In this document: positions 26,201-34,833 of the stretch, one piece after another
Numbering within the stretch: position 1 is the first letter of the stretch
How the letters are laid out: every line of letters starts with the position of its first letter
From: a virus
Lineage: Duplodnaviria > Caudoviricetes
IMG/VR virus record: IMGVR_UViG_3300015607_000582
Span: 1 to 64,000 of that record
Strand: one strand, 5' to 3'
DNA length: 64,000 nucleotides
Translations under genes and position numbers: made by a program
The notes under the pieces: generated by a model
Databases searched by the model: none
The model's input: the letters and a program-made list of their open reading frames with translations, nothing else
What the model was told of the DNA's origin: nothing

Positions 26201-28916
26201 GCCACTTGCCAAGCTCCGCCTTCGACTTCGGGCGCAGCACGAGAATCGGATGCTCGGGCGTGCAGCGAATCGGCAGCGTCGACTTGCTATGCACGACGAC
26301 GAGTTCCCCTTCGTAGGGGCGCTCCATCACCTCTGTGACGCGATGATACTTGCCATCGTGCCCAACCACCTCGTCGCCGACGGCGATTTCCTCGATGGGC
26401 GTTGGCACCGTAGCGTTGACCAAGGTACCTGCCGGGAAGCAGTGACCCATGATGTCGCCCTCGCGGGCAAGGTCATCCGGGCCGACGCGGTCGATGCGCC
26501 AGCCGTTGGGGAACTTGTGGACGGTCGTCGAGTCGACCCAGTCCTCTTCGGCTGATGCGGCGTGCGTGTCGCGATTCCACTCCTCCATCTGCCGGAGGCC
26601 GATCTGGTTGAAGTCCGGCACCGGGCGATTCTCGCGTCGCTCCGTGTCCGCCAGCTCCGCGAACTGGTTGAGGATGTCGGAGGCGTGCGACAGGGCGTCC
26701 GAGGTAGCGAAGATCGGGTTGAGCTGGTTCTGGTGCTCTTCGCCGCGCATGCGCTTCATGGCCCACGGGATGAGCTTGTACGACTCGTCCTTGATCCCGT
26801 CGAGGAAGTGGTCGAGGCGTCGGACTGACAGCTCCAGCACTCGGTCGGCCGAGTTGCGCTCGAACAGGTCGGGCTTCTCGCGCGAGAGCCACTCGATCTG
26901 CTTCTGAATCCACTTGCGCCCCTTGGCGCGAGCCTGCTCGCGGGCGTCGGAGGCAACCTGCGCCAGAGCCTCCGCGTAGACGCGGAACGGCACGCGCGTA
27001 TGCGCGGCCGCCTCGACGATGCTCGCCTCGCGGCTCATCCACTGGCTGGCGAGCGCGGTCTGCCTCGGGGCCGGGGCCTGCAAGTCTTCCTCCACCCACT
27101 CCGGCATGAGCGCCGCCTTCTGGTCTGCGTAGATCGTGCTCGCCTGATCGGCGGTCTGGTTGTGCGCGCCGTGTGGGCCGTAGTTCACCCACGAGTTCTG
27201 TCCGCGCGTCTCGGTCGTCAGGGCGCGGCGAGCCAGCGGCGAGAACATCGCGGCGTGCTGGCGGTAGGCGTTGTCCTCGCCGTCGGCACGGAAGCCGAGC
27301 CCCTCCTTGGCGTGTCCGTACACGTCATGGATCGCCCGGAAGATGTCGTTGTAGGTGACCGGCTTGCCACCCCACCGCTCGCCAGAATCCTCCAGCAGCG
27401 GGTGGTCGTTGACCTCGGTCTCGGTGCCGTAGCCGCCCTCTTCGCCGAGCGTCGGGAAGACGTGCATGTGCTTGTTGTGTTGCAGGTCGAGCACGGCCTC
27501 GCGAGGCGAGTTCGGGTAGGGGTCAACGCCGTCCGGGTAGAAGCTGAAGCGGTAGCCAGCATCGGTCAGTGCGCGGTACTGGTCGGCGGACTCCCTCTTG
27601 AGGGCGTCGTAGGCCGCCTTGACCTCGGGGTCGTTCGGGTTGTGCTGGAGCTTGTCGTACTCCTCGGCGTAGCGTGCCGCTCGCGCCGGGTCGACTGGGA
27701 TGTACTGGGTCGGGTGCTCGCCGAGCCCGCGCTCCTCGTTGTACCGATTCGCGATGTCCTGCAGCTCGCTGTGCGAGTGGAACTGGAGCGGGCCGATGTT
27801 CGGAACCTTCACGACGCCGGGGAGCCCTTCGAGGTTGCGGCCACGGTTCGCGTCGAGGATCTGCTGGTGGTTCGCGCTCGCGTTGCGAACCATCTCCTCC
27901 GCCTCGCCGGGACGAGCCTCGGCCCAGTCGTCGGAGCGGAACGGCATGGTGTCGGGGACGGGCGGCTGCTTGTGTCGACAGTTGGGGCACAGTGCCGTCA
28001 CGCCGTCGCAGTCGGGGCAGTCGGTCGGGACGAAGCGGGGGCGGCCGTCGTCACCGACCTCGAAGTGCGATGCCTCGCGCCACTGGCCGGGAAGCTGCGG
28101 ATCGCCTGCGGCTGGCACCGGGGTCGGCGTCACGCTGACCGCGTGATGACCCTCGGCGGCCTCGGCGGGCGCAAGCCAGTCGTTCATGACCGCGACCCGT
28201 GGCGGCGAGAAGCTGCGGAAGTGCTCGTGGTGCGCCCCCTGCCCGATGATCTCGCTGAACAGGGCCTTGCGCGCCTCGGGGCTCAGGAACGGCGCGTGCG
28301 ACTGGAAGGCCATGTTCGAGCCGCGCCACGAGTAGTCCGGCGTGTTGGACTGACCGACGCCGAGGACGTTGTGCGTCACACGGAAGTTGACGACATCCTG
28401 CGGCGACCAGACCGGGTGGTCGACGTTCTCGGTCGAGACGAAGAGGCGCTTGCGGTCGCGCACATCCTTGCGCAGCTCCTCGGGCGAGGTGTACGGGCTG
28501 TGCGCGTCGACCCCGTACTGGTCGGCGTTGTGCTTCGTGATCGGGATGACCTGAATCTGGCGACGGATCTCGTCCGCCTGCGCTCGCGATTCGTCTGCCA
28601 AGGCTCGCCACGCCGGGACGGCCTTGTGATCGAAGAGCGGCAGCTTGCGGTAGGCGTCTGCGATCTGCTCGTGGTGGTCGAGCCAGTCGGTGCCCCACGA
28701 TGATCGGTAGGTTCGCATCCTGCCTCGCCTCTCCGCGAACATGACCAGATTGGCCAGCGCCATCTTGGGGGTAGAGCCGAGCCGGTCGGCCTTGTCCCCG
28801 TCAGCCCCCTGACCAGTGGCGACGAAGCCCGCGCCCTTCTCCTTGAGGCTGATGAGCTGCCACCCGGCAGCGTTCAGGCGTGCCGTGAGTTCGGTGTAGT
28901 CATGGGCAACTTCCAT
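23217..28916 (-). CDS. giant modular (polyvalent) protein: two HDxxGH-type domains, intein-containing PcfJ-like domain, SH3-like domain
   Basis: 1899 aa; FRAIHDVYGH; LAREGDIMGH|CVGGY...SLRD...PHVTIE; ATG immediately at a late promoter motif. Confidence 0.8.
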   Translation of the reverse strand: MEVAHDYTELTARLNAAGWQLISLKEKGAGFVATGQGADGDKADRLGSTPKMALANLVMFAERRGRMRTYRSSWGTDWLDHHEQIADAYRKLPLFDHKAVPAWRALADESRAQADEIRRQIQVIPITKHNADQYGVDAHSPYTSPEELRKDVRDRKRLFVSTENVDHPVWSPQDVVNFRVTHNVLGVGQSNTPDYSWRGSNMAFQSHAPFLSPEARKALFSEIIGQGAHHEHFRSFSPPRVAVMNDWLAPAEAAEGHHAVSVTPTPVPAAGDPQLPGQWREASHFEVGDDGRPRFVPTDCPDCDGVTALCPNCRHKQPPVPDTMPFRSDDWAEARPGEAEEMVRNASANHQQILDANRGRNLEGLPGVVKVPNIGPLQFHSHSELQDIANRYNEERGLGEHPTQYIPVDPARAARYAEEYDKLQHNPNDPEVKAAYDALKRESADQYRALTDAGYRFSFYPDGVDPYPNSPREAVLDLQHNKHMHVFPTLGEEGGYGTETEVNDHPLLEDSGERWGGKPVTYNDIFRAIHDVYGHAKEGLGFRADGEDNAYRQHAAMFSPLARRALTTETRGQNSWVNYGPHGAHNQTADQASTIYADQKAALMPEWVEEDLQAPAPRQTALASQWMSREASIVEAAAHTRVPFRVYAEALAQVASDAREQARAKGRKWIQKQIEWLSREKPDLFERNSADRVLELSVRRLDHFLDGIKDESYKLIPWAMKRMRGEEHQNQLNPIFATSDALSHASDILNQFAELADTERRENRPVPDFNQIGLRQMEEWNRDTHAASAEEDWVDSTTVHKFPNGWRIDRVGPDDLAREGDIMGHCFPAGTLVNATVPTPIEEIAVGDEVVGHDGKYHRVTEVMERPYEGELVVVHSKSTLPIRCTPEHPILVLRPKSKAELGKWQWRYLAKRFPTGTKAEWIPARDLRPGDRLLSPATDFTRADAPSAFAPSADTAWLIGVYVGDGSVRASNAGKPSAIQIVMSPKDDHERAERALRGMGATSVHIEDHGTYRRVNAYGTKLAGDLAAACGRSSSTKRLPDFLFDGVWDLDAALEGLLAADGHHVLGENRHVFTSTSQVLAQQVRMLAVHQGMRPTLRPLTRLSGYDNAKPSWKVEWKAEDGAWHSNTWMEGYYATEVTSVESESHAGSVYNLEVEGVHSYLVNGAVVHNCVGGYCWNVRNGSSTIYSLRDPKGEPHVTIEFKGQHGDLTERPITGIDDPNIDVVQVQGKGNRDPIPEYDEMVQEWFGALKSRGYSMTNQESVEEQMEAAYENPNYERHGPDHNIGDDEDELRSYYDNVTRYPSEYDYDQEGQLEEDHRNGGFIYTEMQPREVNVDLAGLERLLVNAVAEYSAGQRDEEDVEQLVNAAYAATHHHDQINNRFTQERGGGAADWEQMIEAVRQIAPPDQDPTPGQGHLFSPEGWTDPSAAQAPGVNAVLRYMRQLGAAEPPQMPVPDVNSYGGLSDGWFAAPWRDHRALEEGRYRPYVNVHVPPKPSFFAKNQIVGIGGQPHRDSKLYEAQMEAWREGKRKYDIEQQRKQFGDGYLQPHWRDRDNNYPTYPGQLKQTPVSLDSPDWRLSRLGWRITSSPVIDSILRNGGATLDPNTLRPVEFDSGYMVSKRDPTAVIEISELSEDRLQAFRDAAAGALQRGDYIGTWVAPDGHVHLDISAHFRDLNAAMEEGKRNRQLAIYEWGVGEIPIGTLHTAGWSTGRWDFMRRVATPAFRVGDLVQIAPSEGEYRRRRQWYDRMGPPYGWGYSGTIVELRGLDAVIDRPLPSWHRDQTMTGTKVVEPLRNLKLIEPAVSTPDTLPEHWAAKTADYKTTEKVRKLKEKLRTVSKTDTGARSVAKVAIECGASQKVVREALKGEPGEWVTKVVKEMKTIKRQNMAPALRRRMKRMR
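25404..26441 (-). mobile_element. intein with LAGLIDADG homing endonuclease (346 aa)
   Basis: starts CFPAGTLV; block B CTPEHP; WLIGVYVGDG and LEGLLAADG; ends VYNLEV...VVHN followed by Cys. Confidence 0.93.
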
Positions 28917-28926
28917 CGCCCATTAG
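28916..28926 (-). promoter_or_regulatory. late promoter motif, leaderless
   Basis: CTAATGGGCG-ATG. Confidence 0.7.
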
Positions 28927-28929
28927 GTG

Positions 28930-29220
28930 CTAGAGGAGGGGCAGTGCCCGGACGCTGAGGTCTCCGAGGCCGATGAGCGCCACTGCTGCCAGCAGGAGGA
29001 TGACGCGACCGAAGCGCCCCTGCGTGTACTGCCGCTCGCTCTCGAAGTCCGCCCGCAGGGCCGCGATCTCGTGCGCGTTCTCCCGGTCGGCGTCTCGCAG
29101 TCGGTCGCTCTCCTTGCGCCACTCCCGCAGCTCGGTCTCGACGCGCGTCATGCGTTCCGTCATGCGCAGTTCCATCTGATGCAGCGTCTCGATCACGGTG
29201 TGGTTCTCTTCGGCGGTCAC
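28930..29220 (-). CDS. coiled-coil protein with C-terminal TM helix (holin/chaperone-like)
   Basis: GTG 29220 after AGGAG; coiled coil then VILLLAAVALIGL. Confidence 0.55.
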   Translation of the reverse strand: MTAEENHTVIETLHQMELRMTERMTRVETELREWRKESDRLRDADRENAHEIAALRADFESERQYTQGRFGRVILLLAAVALIGLGDLSVRALPLL

Positions 29221-29256
29221 GGGGCTTCTGTCTCCTGTGGGCTGCTGCATGCGAGT

Positions 29257-29267
29257 TCGACCATTAG
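29257..29267 (-). promoter_or_regulatory. late promoter motif
   Basis: CTAATGGTCGA. Confidence 0.6.
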
Positions 29268-29284
29268 GTGCGTGGGAGGGCCGC

Positions 29285-29638
29285 TCAGATGTCCCCGGCG
29301 GTCTGGAGGACACGGATGTTGAGGTAGCCCTTGGTGGGGATGATCTCCGTGACGCCGGGCGACCACGTCACCTCGAAGTCGCCGACATGCGCGCCAGCGA
29401 CGTCGGTGTCACCAGCCTGCCATGTGTACTCGACGATCCCCTGAGCGGCGTTGGTGATCGCGCAGGGCTGGTCGACGAGCACGACCGTGTCGGGGCCGTT
29501 CTCCTCCAGCCGCCGCATCGTGAACGTCACGCCGGTTGCTGTCGTCAGGTCGACGAACGTGCCGTCCGAGTTGCGCAGGCGCGCGGTGATCTTGGGCCGC
29601 AGCGAGGTGCGCTTGATGGTCACGGTGCGTGTGGTCAT
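29285..29638 (-). CDS. BppU N-terminal-like Ig domain structural protein
   Basis: VDLTTATGVTF...GIVEYTWQAGDTDVAG...FEVTW...PTKGY. Confidence 0.7.
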   Translation of the reverse strand: MTTRTVTIKRTSLRPKITARLRNSDGTFVDLTTATGVTFTMRRLEENGPDTVVLVDQPCAITNAAQGIVEYTWQAGDTDVAGAHVGDFEVTWSPGVTEIIPTKGYLNIRVLQTAGDI

Positions 29639-31287
29639 CAGACCTTCCTCGTCAGTGTCGCGGGCTCCGCGCTACGGATGACGGCGACCTCATCGTTGCG
29701 CCTCTCAACGGTTAGAGGCGAGGTGTCGCGGCGCATGTCGACGTACACCGCCCCGAGGCCGAGTGCCCGAGAAACCTCGACCGCATGGCCCGGCGTCCAT
29801 CCACGCGCCCGAGCGGCTGCCAGCGCGGCGTCTGACGAGATCGCAAACGAGACCGCCCTGCGCTTGGCGTGTCGTGTCGCGTGGGCGAACTCGCGATGCG
29901 ACGCGATGCCAAGCGCCCACCCCTTGGATCGCGTGACCCCGAGCGGGCTTTCGCTCGACACGCCCGGCCCCGAGGCGAAGCCCTTGCCCGAGCGAACAGG
30001 GAGTGCGGTCTGGCTGGTCGAGGTGAGGCCAACCGACAACAGCTTGGCTCCGGTGGCGGCGAGTGGGGCATTCGCCTCGCTCACGGAGCTTGTTGCCATG
30101 AGCTTCACGCTGGCGACGCTGAGGGCCGTGTCGACCTCCGCCTGAATACCGACGCCGTACCCCTTGGCGTAGCCAGCAGCCAGCGCCTCGGAGGATTCTA
30201 CGGCCAGCGACACGAGGTGGAACTCGCCCGAGGCTGCGCTCAGCACGGCATTCGACTCGACTGCGAGCCCAGTGGCGAGCCGCTTGAGGCGCGCGGAGGC
30301 GAGGGGCAGATCGGATTCGAGAGCCACACCCGCCGCCCGAGCCTTGCCCGCAGACGCGGCGAGAGCAGCGTCAGCGCCAGAGAGGAGCGCGACCGTCGCC
30401 CGCTTCTGCCGATTCGGCGAAAGCGGCGCGTCCGCCTCCACGGGCAGGCTGGTCTCGCGACGCTTGGCCCGAGCGGCTCCGAGGGCGGCATCTGTCTCGG
30501 CCGTGATGCCCGTCACCCAGCCGCCAGCGAGGGTCGCCCCCAAGGCGGCGTCCGACTCGGCCGCGATGCCGGTCGCGAGTCGCTTCTGGCGCGTGGCTGC
30601 GAGAGCGGTGTCCGTCTCCGCTGCGAATGCGGTGGCGCGGCGCTTGGCGCTGGTCGCAGCGAGTGCGGTGTCCGCTTCAGCGGCGATGGTGGCTGCACGC
30701 AGGTGCGCTCGCGACACGGCCAGTGCTGTATCCGTCTCGGCAGCGAACGCAACCGACCGCTGCTTGATGCGCGTCGCCGCGAGGGCGGCATCGGTCTCGA
30801 CAGCAACAGAGGTCGTCTTGCCCTGCGCGCGGGTGGGCGCAAGAGCGGTATCTGTCTCGACGGCGAGCGCAACAGCGCGCCGCTTGGCGGCCGTCGCCGA
30901 CAGCGGAGTGTCGGATTCGGCGGCGAGCGCCGCCGACCGCTGCTTGGCGCTGGTCGCCGCGAGTGCGGCAGTGCTCTCGGTCAGGATCGCAGCGGCCAGT
31001 TGCTTGGCGACTGTCGAGCCGAGCGCCAGCTCGGTCGAGGCGATGATGCCGCTCGACAGGCGCTTCGCGCTGGTCGCGGCCAGTGCCGTGTCGGACTCGG
31101 AGGCGAACGACGCACTGATGCGCTTCGAGATCAGCGCGACCGCAAGTGCTGCATCCGTCTCTGCGACGATGCCCGTCGTGATGGTCTGAGGTGTGCCACC
31201 ACCCGCAACGGGAGGGAACAAGATCCCGAATCGCAGACCAGTCCCCTGAAGGGGGCGAACGATCTCGTTTCGGAACAGGAACGCCAT
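29638..31287 (-). CDS. 20-aa repeat Ala-rich structural protein
   Basis: more than 20 tandem repeats of approx. AxETDxALAxTxxKRx. Confidence 0.7.
   Translation of the reverse strand: MAFLFRNEIVRPLQGTGLRFGILFPPVAGGGTPQTITTGIVAETDAALAVALISKRISASFASESDTALAATSAKRLSSGIIASTELALGSTVAKQLAAAILTESTAALAATSAKQRSAALAAESDTPLSATAAKRRAVALAVETDTALAPTRAQGKTTSVAVETDAALAATRIKQRSVAFAAETDTALAVSRAHLRAATIAAEADTALAATSAKRRATAFAAETDTALAATRQKRLATGIAAESDAALGATLAGGWVTGITAETDAALGAARAKRRETSLPVEADAPLSPNRQKRATVALLSGADAALAASAGKARAAGVALESDLPLASARLKRLATGLAVESNAVLSAASGEFHLVSLAVESSEALAAGYAKGYGVGIQAEVDTALSVASVKLMATSSVSEANAPLAATGAKLLSVGLTSTSQTALPVRSGKGFASGPGVSSESPLGVTRSKGWALGIASHREFAHATRHAKRRAVSFAISSDAALAAARARGWTPGHAVEVSRALGLGAVYVDMRRDTSPLTVERRNDEVAVIRSAEPATLTRKV
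29705..29715 (-). promoter_or_regulatory. late promoter motif
   Basis: CTAACCGTTGA upstream of the 29638 start. Confidence 0.55.
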
Positions 31288-31290
31288 GGG

Positions 31291-31617
31291 CTATGCGTCA
31301 CGCTCGACGCCGAAGATCGTCACGCTGATCTTGTCCGTCGAGCTTGCGATCATCTGGACGGTGTCCGCTGTGTCGAGGCATGCGCCCTCAAGCTCGTCAA
31401 TGATCCACGTCGCACCCGTGGGGACAGTGCGGGCGGGCACGAGCATGTTCGCAGACGCCGAGCCGTTGATGTACACAGCCAAGGTGCGGTCGACCGTGTC
31501 GTGGTTGGCTGCAACAGCCTTGGAGATCACCCACTGCTTGGCCGTGGGCGGGTCGCACACGGTTGTCGCCGTATCGTTGACGTCGTTCTGCGCGAGTACC
31601 TTGTAGCTGTCGGCCAT
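31291..31617 (-). CDS. small beta-rich structural protein
   Basis: 108 aa; C-terminal ISVTIFGVE motif. Confidence 0.65.
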   Translation of the reverse strand: MADSYKVLAQNDVNDTATTVCDPPTAKQWVISKAVAANHDTVDRTLAVYINGSASANMLVPARTVPTGATWIIDELEGACLDTADTVQMIASSTDKISVTIFGVERDA

Positions 31618-31630
31618 GGTCGTCCCTTCG

Positions 31631-32281
31631 TCAGGTGAATGCGAAAAACAGCGGTGCGTTGGTTGCTGCCGTCACGCCAGACCAAGCCTGCGTGGCGGGC
31701 AGGTCGGTCTGCGAGGCAACAGTCCAGAAGCGGTGGAGGCCCGAGGTGCCCAGCGGATTGGAGGCACTGGCGTTCACGAGCGTCCCGCAGCAGTTGTATG
31801 TCTGATTGGATCCGGTGAGGGAAGACCAGTTGGAGACAGCGGCAGCCCACATCAGGGTCGGCGCGGTGACGACCAGCGGATCAGTGAAGAAGTTGTGCCT
31901 CCACTGGTTGGTCTGGTTGAGCGAGTACATGTTCTCGCCGCCGTTGGGCGTTGACGCAACGAGGGTAAGGTCTGTCCCGTCGCTCGTGTAGAGCCCCACC
32001 TTGTTGTTGTTGTCATAGGTTGCTGCGGTCGGGGTGTTCGTCTGGAAGTGCATCAGACCAAGGAGCGTGCATGGACGCGCAATCCAGATCGCGCAGCCGA
32101 CAAGCTGCCCATCCGTCCAAGACCTGCTGCCGGACGCCGCAGGCAGTCGCCCCGTGTAGCCCACGAGTGACTGACTGTCGAGGTCGATGCCGTATCGCGT
32201 GTACTCGGCTGGGAGCCCACGAGAAGCGATGTACGTCGACCCCGTCGTGAGGATCTTGCCGCTGTTGGTGATGATGGTCAT
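31631..32281 (-). CDS. beta-sandwich structural paralog 3
   Basis: NNKVGLYTSDGTDLTLVAS shared with neighbours. Confidence 0.65.
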   Translation of the reverse strand: MTIITNSGKILTTGSTYIASRGLPAEYTRYGIDLDSQSLVGYTGRLPAASGSRSWTDGQLVGCAIWIARPCTLLGLMHFQTNTPTAATYDNNNKVGLYTSDGTDLTLVASTPNGGENMYSLNQTNQWRHNFFTDPLVVTAPTLMWAAAVSNWSSLTGSNQTYNCCGTLVNASASNPLGTSGLHRFWTVASQTDLPATQAWSGVTAATNAPLFFAFT

Positions 32282-32971
32282 CTAGTACAGTCCCCACCAG
32301 TGGTCGTATGGCATGCCCGAGAAGTTCGCGCCGATGCGTACCGGCACGTAGTCTGGGATGTCGGATCGAGCGCCCGTAGAGACTGTCTGGAAGTGCCCCG
32401 TCCACGGGAAGGTGGTTCCGAATGCGCGCGGGAGCACCACGCCCATGGTGTACATCCACGCCTGTCCGTTGAAGTAGCCGATGGTGGGCGCAGTGACCTG
32501 CGCGGACTGCTGGTAGGTGTATCCGATGACGTAGTGGCCCGCCTCCGCGTTGTAGGTCGCGCTGAGCGCCTCGGTCGCGAATGAGTTCGCGGTCGCCTTC
32601 CAGAGACTCGCGTTGTTGGATGATGCCGCGACCAGCTCCGCGTAGCTGACACCGTCTGCGCCCGTCACCTTGTAGAGCCCGATGCGGTTCGTGGCATCGG
32701 CGGTGAAGTTGCCCTGCGTACCTTGGTAGTACACGAAGCCGGTGACTGTAATCCGCTCGGGGATGAAAATCGGCGAGAAGTAGACGTACGTGTCGGTCAG
32801 CGCAATGACCGAGGTGAGGTCTCGTGGGTCATTGTTGGCGCAGAGCCACGAGGCACCAGCGCCGCGATAGATGCCGATGAAGTCGGCGTGATTGCCAGAT
32901 CGAAAGTTCAGGGCACCGGGCGCATCGGAGTGATGGCCAGTCCTTGCATGGATGCCGCCAGTGTTGCGCAT
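32282..32971 (-). CDS. beta-sandwich structural paralog 2
   Basis: QGNFTA...IGLY...LWKATANSF...SATYNA; TGATG overlap. Confidence 0.65.
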   Translation of the reverse strand: MRNTGGIHARTGHHSDAPGALNFRSGNHADFIGIYRGAGASWLCANNDPRDLTSVIALTDTYVYFSPIFIPERITVTGFVYYQGTQGNFTADATNRIGLYKVTGADGVSYAELVAASSNNASLWKATANSFATEALSATYNAEAGHYVIGYTYQQSAQVTAPTIGYFNGQAWMYTMGVVLPRAFGTTFPWTGHFQTVSTGARSDIPDYVPVRIGANFSGMPYDHWWGLY

Positions 32972-33603
32972 CAGTAGACCCCGAACCATGGGCAGGTCGT
33001 GGTGGCGGTCACTGCAGTCCAGAGCGGCGACGCGGGCAGGTCGGTCTGCGTTCCAATGGTGCCCTGAAGCGTGACCGATCCGTTGAGCGGCTTGCCCACG
33101 GCGAGGTTGGTGAGGGCAGTGTGCGCGCCAAGTGAGGGGGCGGTGGTCTGAGCCGAGCGATTCCAGAGCGCGCCGACCCAGAGCGTCGCACCAGCGGCGG
33201 CGTTGTATGTTGCGGAGAATGCCTTCTGAGCAAACGAGTTCGTCGTCGCCTTCCAGAGCGCCGTGTCATCGGCGCACGACGCAACGAGCGAGAGATTCGT
33301 GCCGTCGCTCGTGTAGAGCCCGACCTTCGAGTTGTTGTTGGCGGTGTAGTTCCCCTGAACCGCCTGCCACCACACGACGCCCGTCAGGGTCATCGCGTAC
33401 GGGATGTAGATGGCGGACAGCAAGAGCGTGGAGTTCGCCATTGCCGTGGAGGTCGTCAGGGCAGTGAGGCCGCGCGTGCTCGCGAGCATCGTTGAACCCA
33501 TCGCGCCTGCGATGACCTGATCGAGTTCGAGGCCGATGGGCGAAGCCTCATCAGCCCAGTCAAGCGTCTGACGGACGCCACCCCTGCTGTCGATGATGCC
33601 CAC
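32971..33603 (-). CDS. beta-sandwich structural paralog 1
   Basis: QGNYTANNNSKVGLYTSDGTNLSLVAS...LWKATTNSF. Confidence 0.65.
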   Translation of the reverse strand: MGIIDSRGGVRQTLDWADEASPIGLELDQVIAGAMGSTMLASTRGLTALTTSTAMANSTLLLSAIYIPYAMTLTGVVWWQAVQGNYTANNNSKVGLYTSDGTNLSLVASCADDTALWKATTNSFAQKAFSATYNAAAGATLWVGALWNRSAQTTAPSLGAHTALTNLAVGKPLNGSVTLQGTIGTQTDLPASPLWTAVTATTTCPWFGVY

Positions 33604-33605
33604 GG

Positions 33606-33770
33606 CTACACCGCAGTCTCATAGACCCCGTCCAGCGCGCTGGGGGTGTCGGGCTGAACCTGTTCGTTCCACACGCGCAGCAGCTCTTCGCCCATCGCCT
33701 GCGCGGCGACCTCGTCAGTCGCGACGAAGGGAATGCGCAGAACTGCCTCGAACTGGCGATCATCTGGCAT
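33606..33770 (-). CDS. small hypothetical protein (54 aa, not in ORF track)
   Basis: MPDDRQFEAVLRIPFV...; GGAG RBS; fills the gap exactly. Confidence 0.6.
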   Translation of the reverse strand: MPDDRQFEAVLRIPFVATDEVAAQAMGEELLRVWNEQVQPDTPSALDGVYETAV

Positions 33771-33782
33771 TCGTCACTCCGA

Positions 33783-34250
33783 TCAGGTCGCGCGGAAGAA
33801 GCCGCTTGCGTTGAGCTGCATGATGATGTCGGAGCCGTCCGGCGTGACGGGGAAGTCGAGCTGCACGAGTGGAACGATGTTCGCGTCCGTGCCGCCGGTC
33901 GTGTCGGGGTCGTAGCAGACGATGAGGTCAGTCCAGACGTCGCCTGCGCTGACGGCCGTCCACGTCTGGTCGGCGAAGTCGACCTCGACCTTGTCGGATC
34001 CGTCCGTGACGGTGATCGTCAGCGAGCCGTTCGCGAGCGTCTTGCGCGAGTACCCGACGTTTGTGGCCTCGTTGGCCGCCGTCGCAAGGACGTCCGACAG
34101 CGTGTCGAGATCCTTGAGCGTTGCGTCCGAGACGCCACCGGCCACGAGCGCGACGATGACGAACGCGCTGTTGGTTGGATCGTTGGCCTCGACGCGGGCG
34201 GCGTACTCGACGACGCGACCGAGGGCTACGTTGTAGACGAAGTCTGCCAC
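33783..34250 (-). CDS. phage structural protein
   Basis: ADFVYNVALGR...GYSRKTL...DFADQTWT...TPDGSDI pattern common in actinophage tail regions. Confidence 0.7.
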   Translation of the reverse strand: MADFVYNVALGRVVEYAARVEANDPTNSAFVIVALVAGGVSDATLKDLDTLSDVLATAANEATNVGYSRKTLANGSLTITVTDGSDKVEVDFADQTWTAVSAGDVWTDLIVCYDPDTTGGTDANIVPLVQLDFPVTPDGSDIIMQLNASGFFRAT

Positions 34251-34280
34251 GGAAATCCTCTGCTTGATGGGTGAACGGCT

Positions 34281-34291
34281 TCACCACTTAG
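34281..34291 (-). promoter_or_regulatory. late promoter motif
   Basis: CTAAGTGGTGA. Confidence 0.7.
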
Positions 34292-34303
34292 GCTGGAGGA
34301 GGG

Positions 34304-34822
34304 CTACTTGAGGCCGAGGAACTTCGCAACGGTCAGGAGCTTGCTGAGCCGCTCGCCGGTCGAGCCGGACGTTGCGTGGCCGCTCAGCGGCTCATCCCAG
34401 ACGGCGTCGGCGATCTGCCCGACCGAGGGGCCAGCGTAGCCGCCACCGCCGCCGCTGTCGAACAGCAGCAGGTTGGACGAGTTGTTCGTGTTGATGGCCG
34501 TCTCGTACGCGCCCGTGGTCGGCAGCCGCCAGATCGTGTTCGGATCCTCCGGGTAGAGGTTGCCGATCAGGTTGATGACGATGTCCTCTTCGGGCGGCTT
34601 GATGCGCCATCCGTAGTCGTTGCGGATGAAGATGTTCACGCCTGCGTACACGCCGCCGCCGAGGGGGTCGCCGCCCGTCTCGCGGAAGGCGGGCAGGTAC
34701 TTGCTGTTGTCGGACAGCAGCACCCAGTCCTTCCATCGCGAGTAGATTTCGGACACCTCCACCGTCGTGTCGCCGGAGGAGAGGGTGATCGTCGTGTTGG
34801 GGCCGTCGAAGGTGATGGCCAT
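34304..34822 (-). CDS. putative structural protein
   Basis: MAITFDG...YSRWKDW...GGDP...GWRIKP; IADAVWDE motif. Confidence 0.65.
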   Translation of the reverse strand: MAITFDGPNTTITLSSGDTTVEVSEIYSRWKDWVLLSDNSKYLPAFRETGGDPLGGGVYAGVNIFIRNDYGWRIKPPEEDIVINLIGNLYPEDPNTIWRLPTTGAYETAINTNNSSNLLLFDSGGGGGYAGPSVGQIADAVWDEPLSGHATSGSTGERLSKLLTVAKFLGLK

Positions 34823-34833
34823 GCGTCACCCTC

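Noticed and set aside
31631-33603. Diversity-generating retroelement VR/TR pair
   Set aside because: Similarity is paralog-level with ordinary substitutions, not adenine-specific; no reverse transcriptase in the window.
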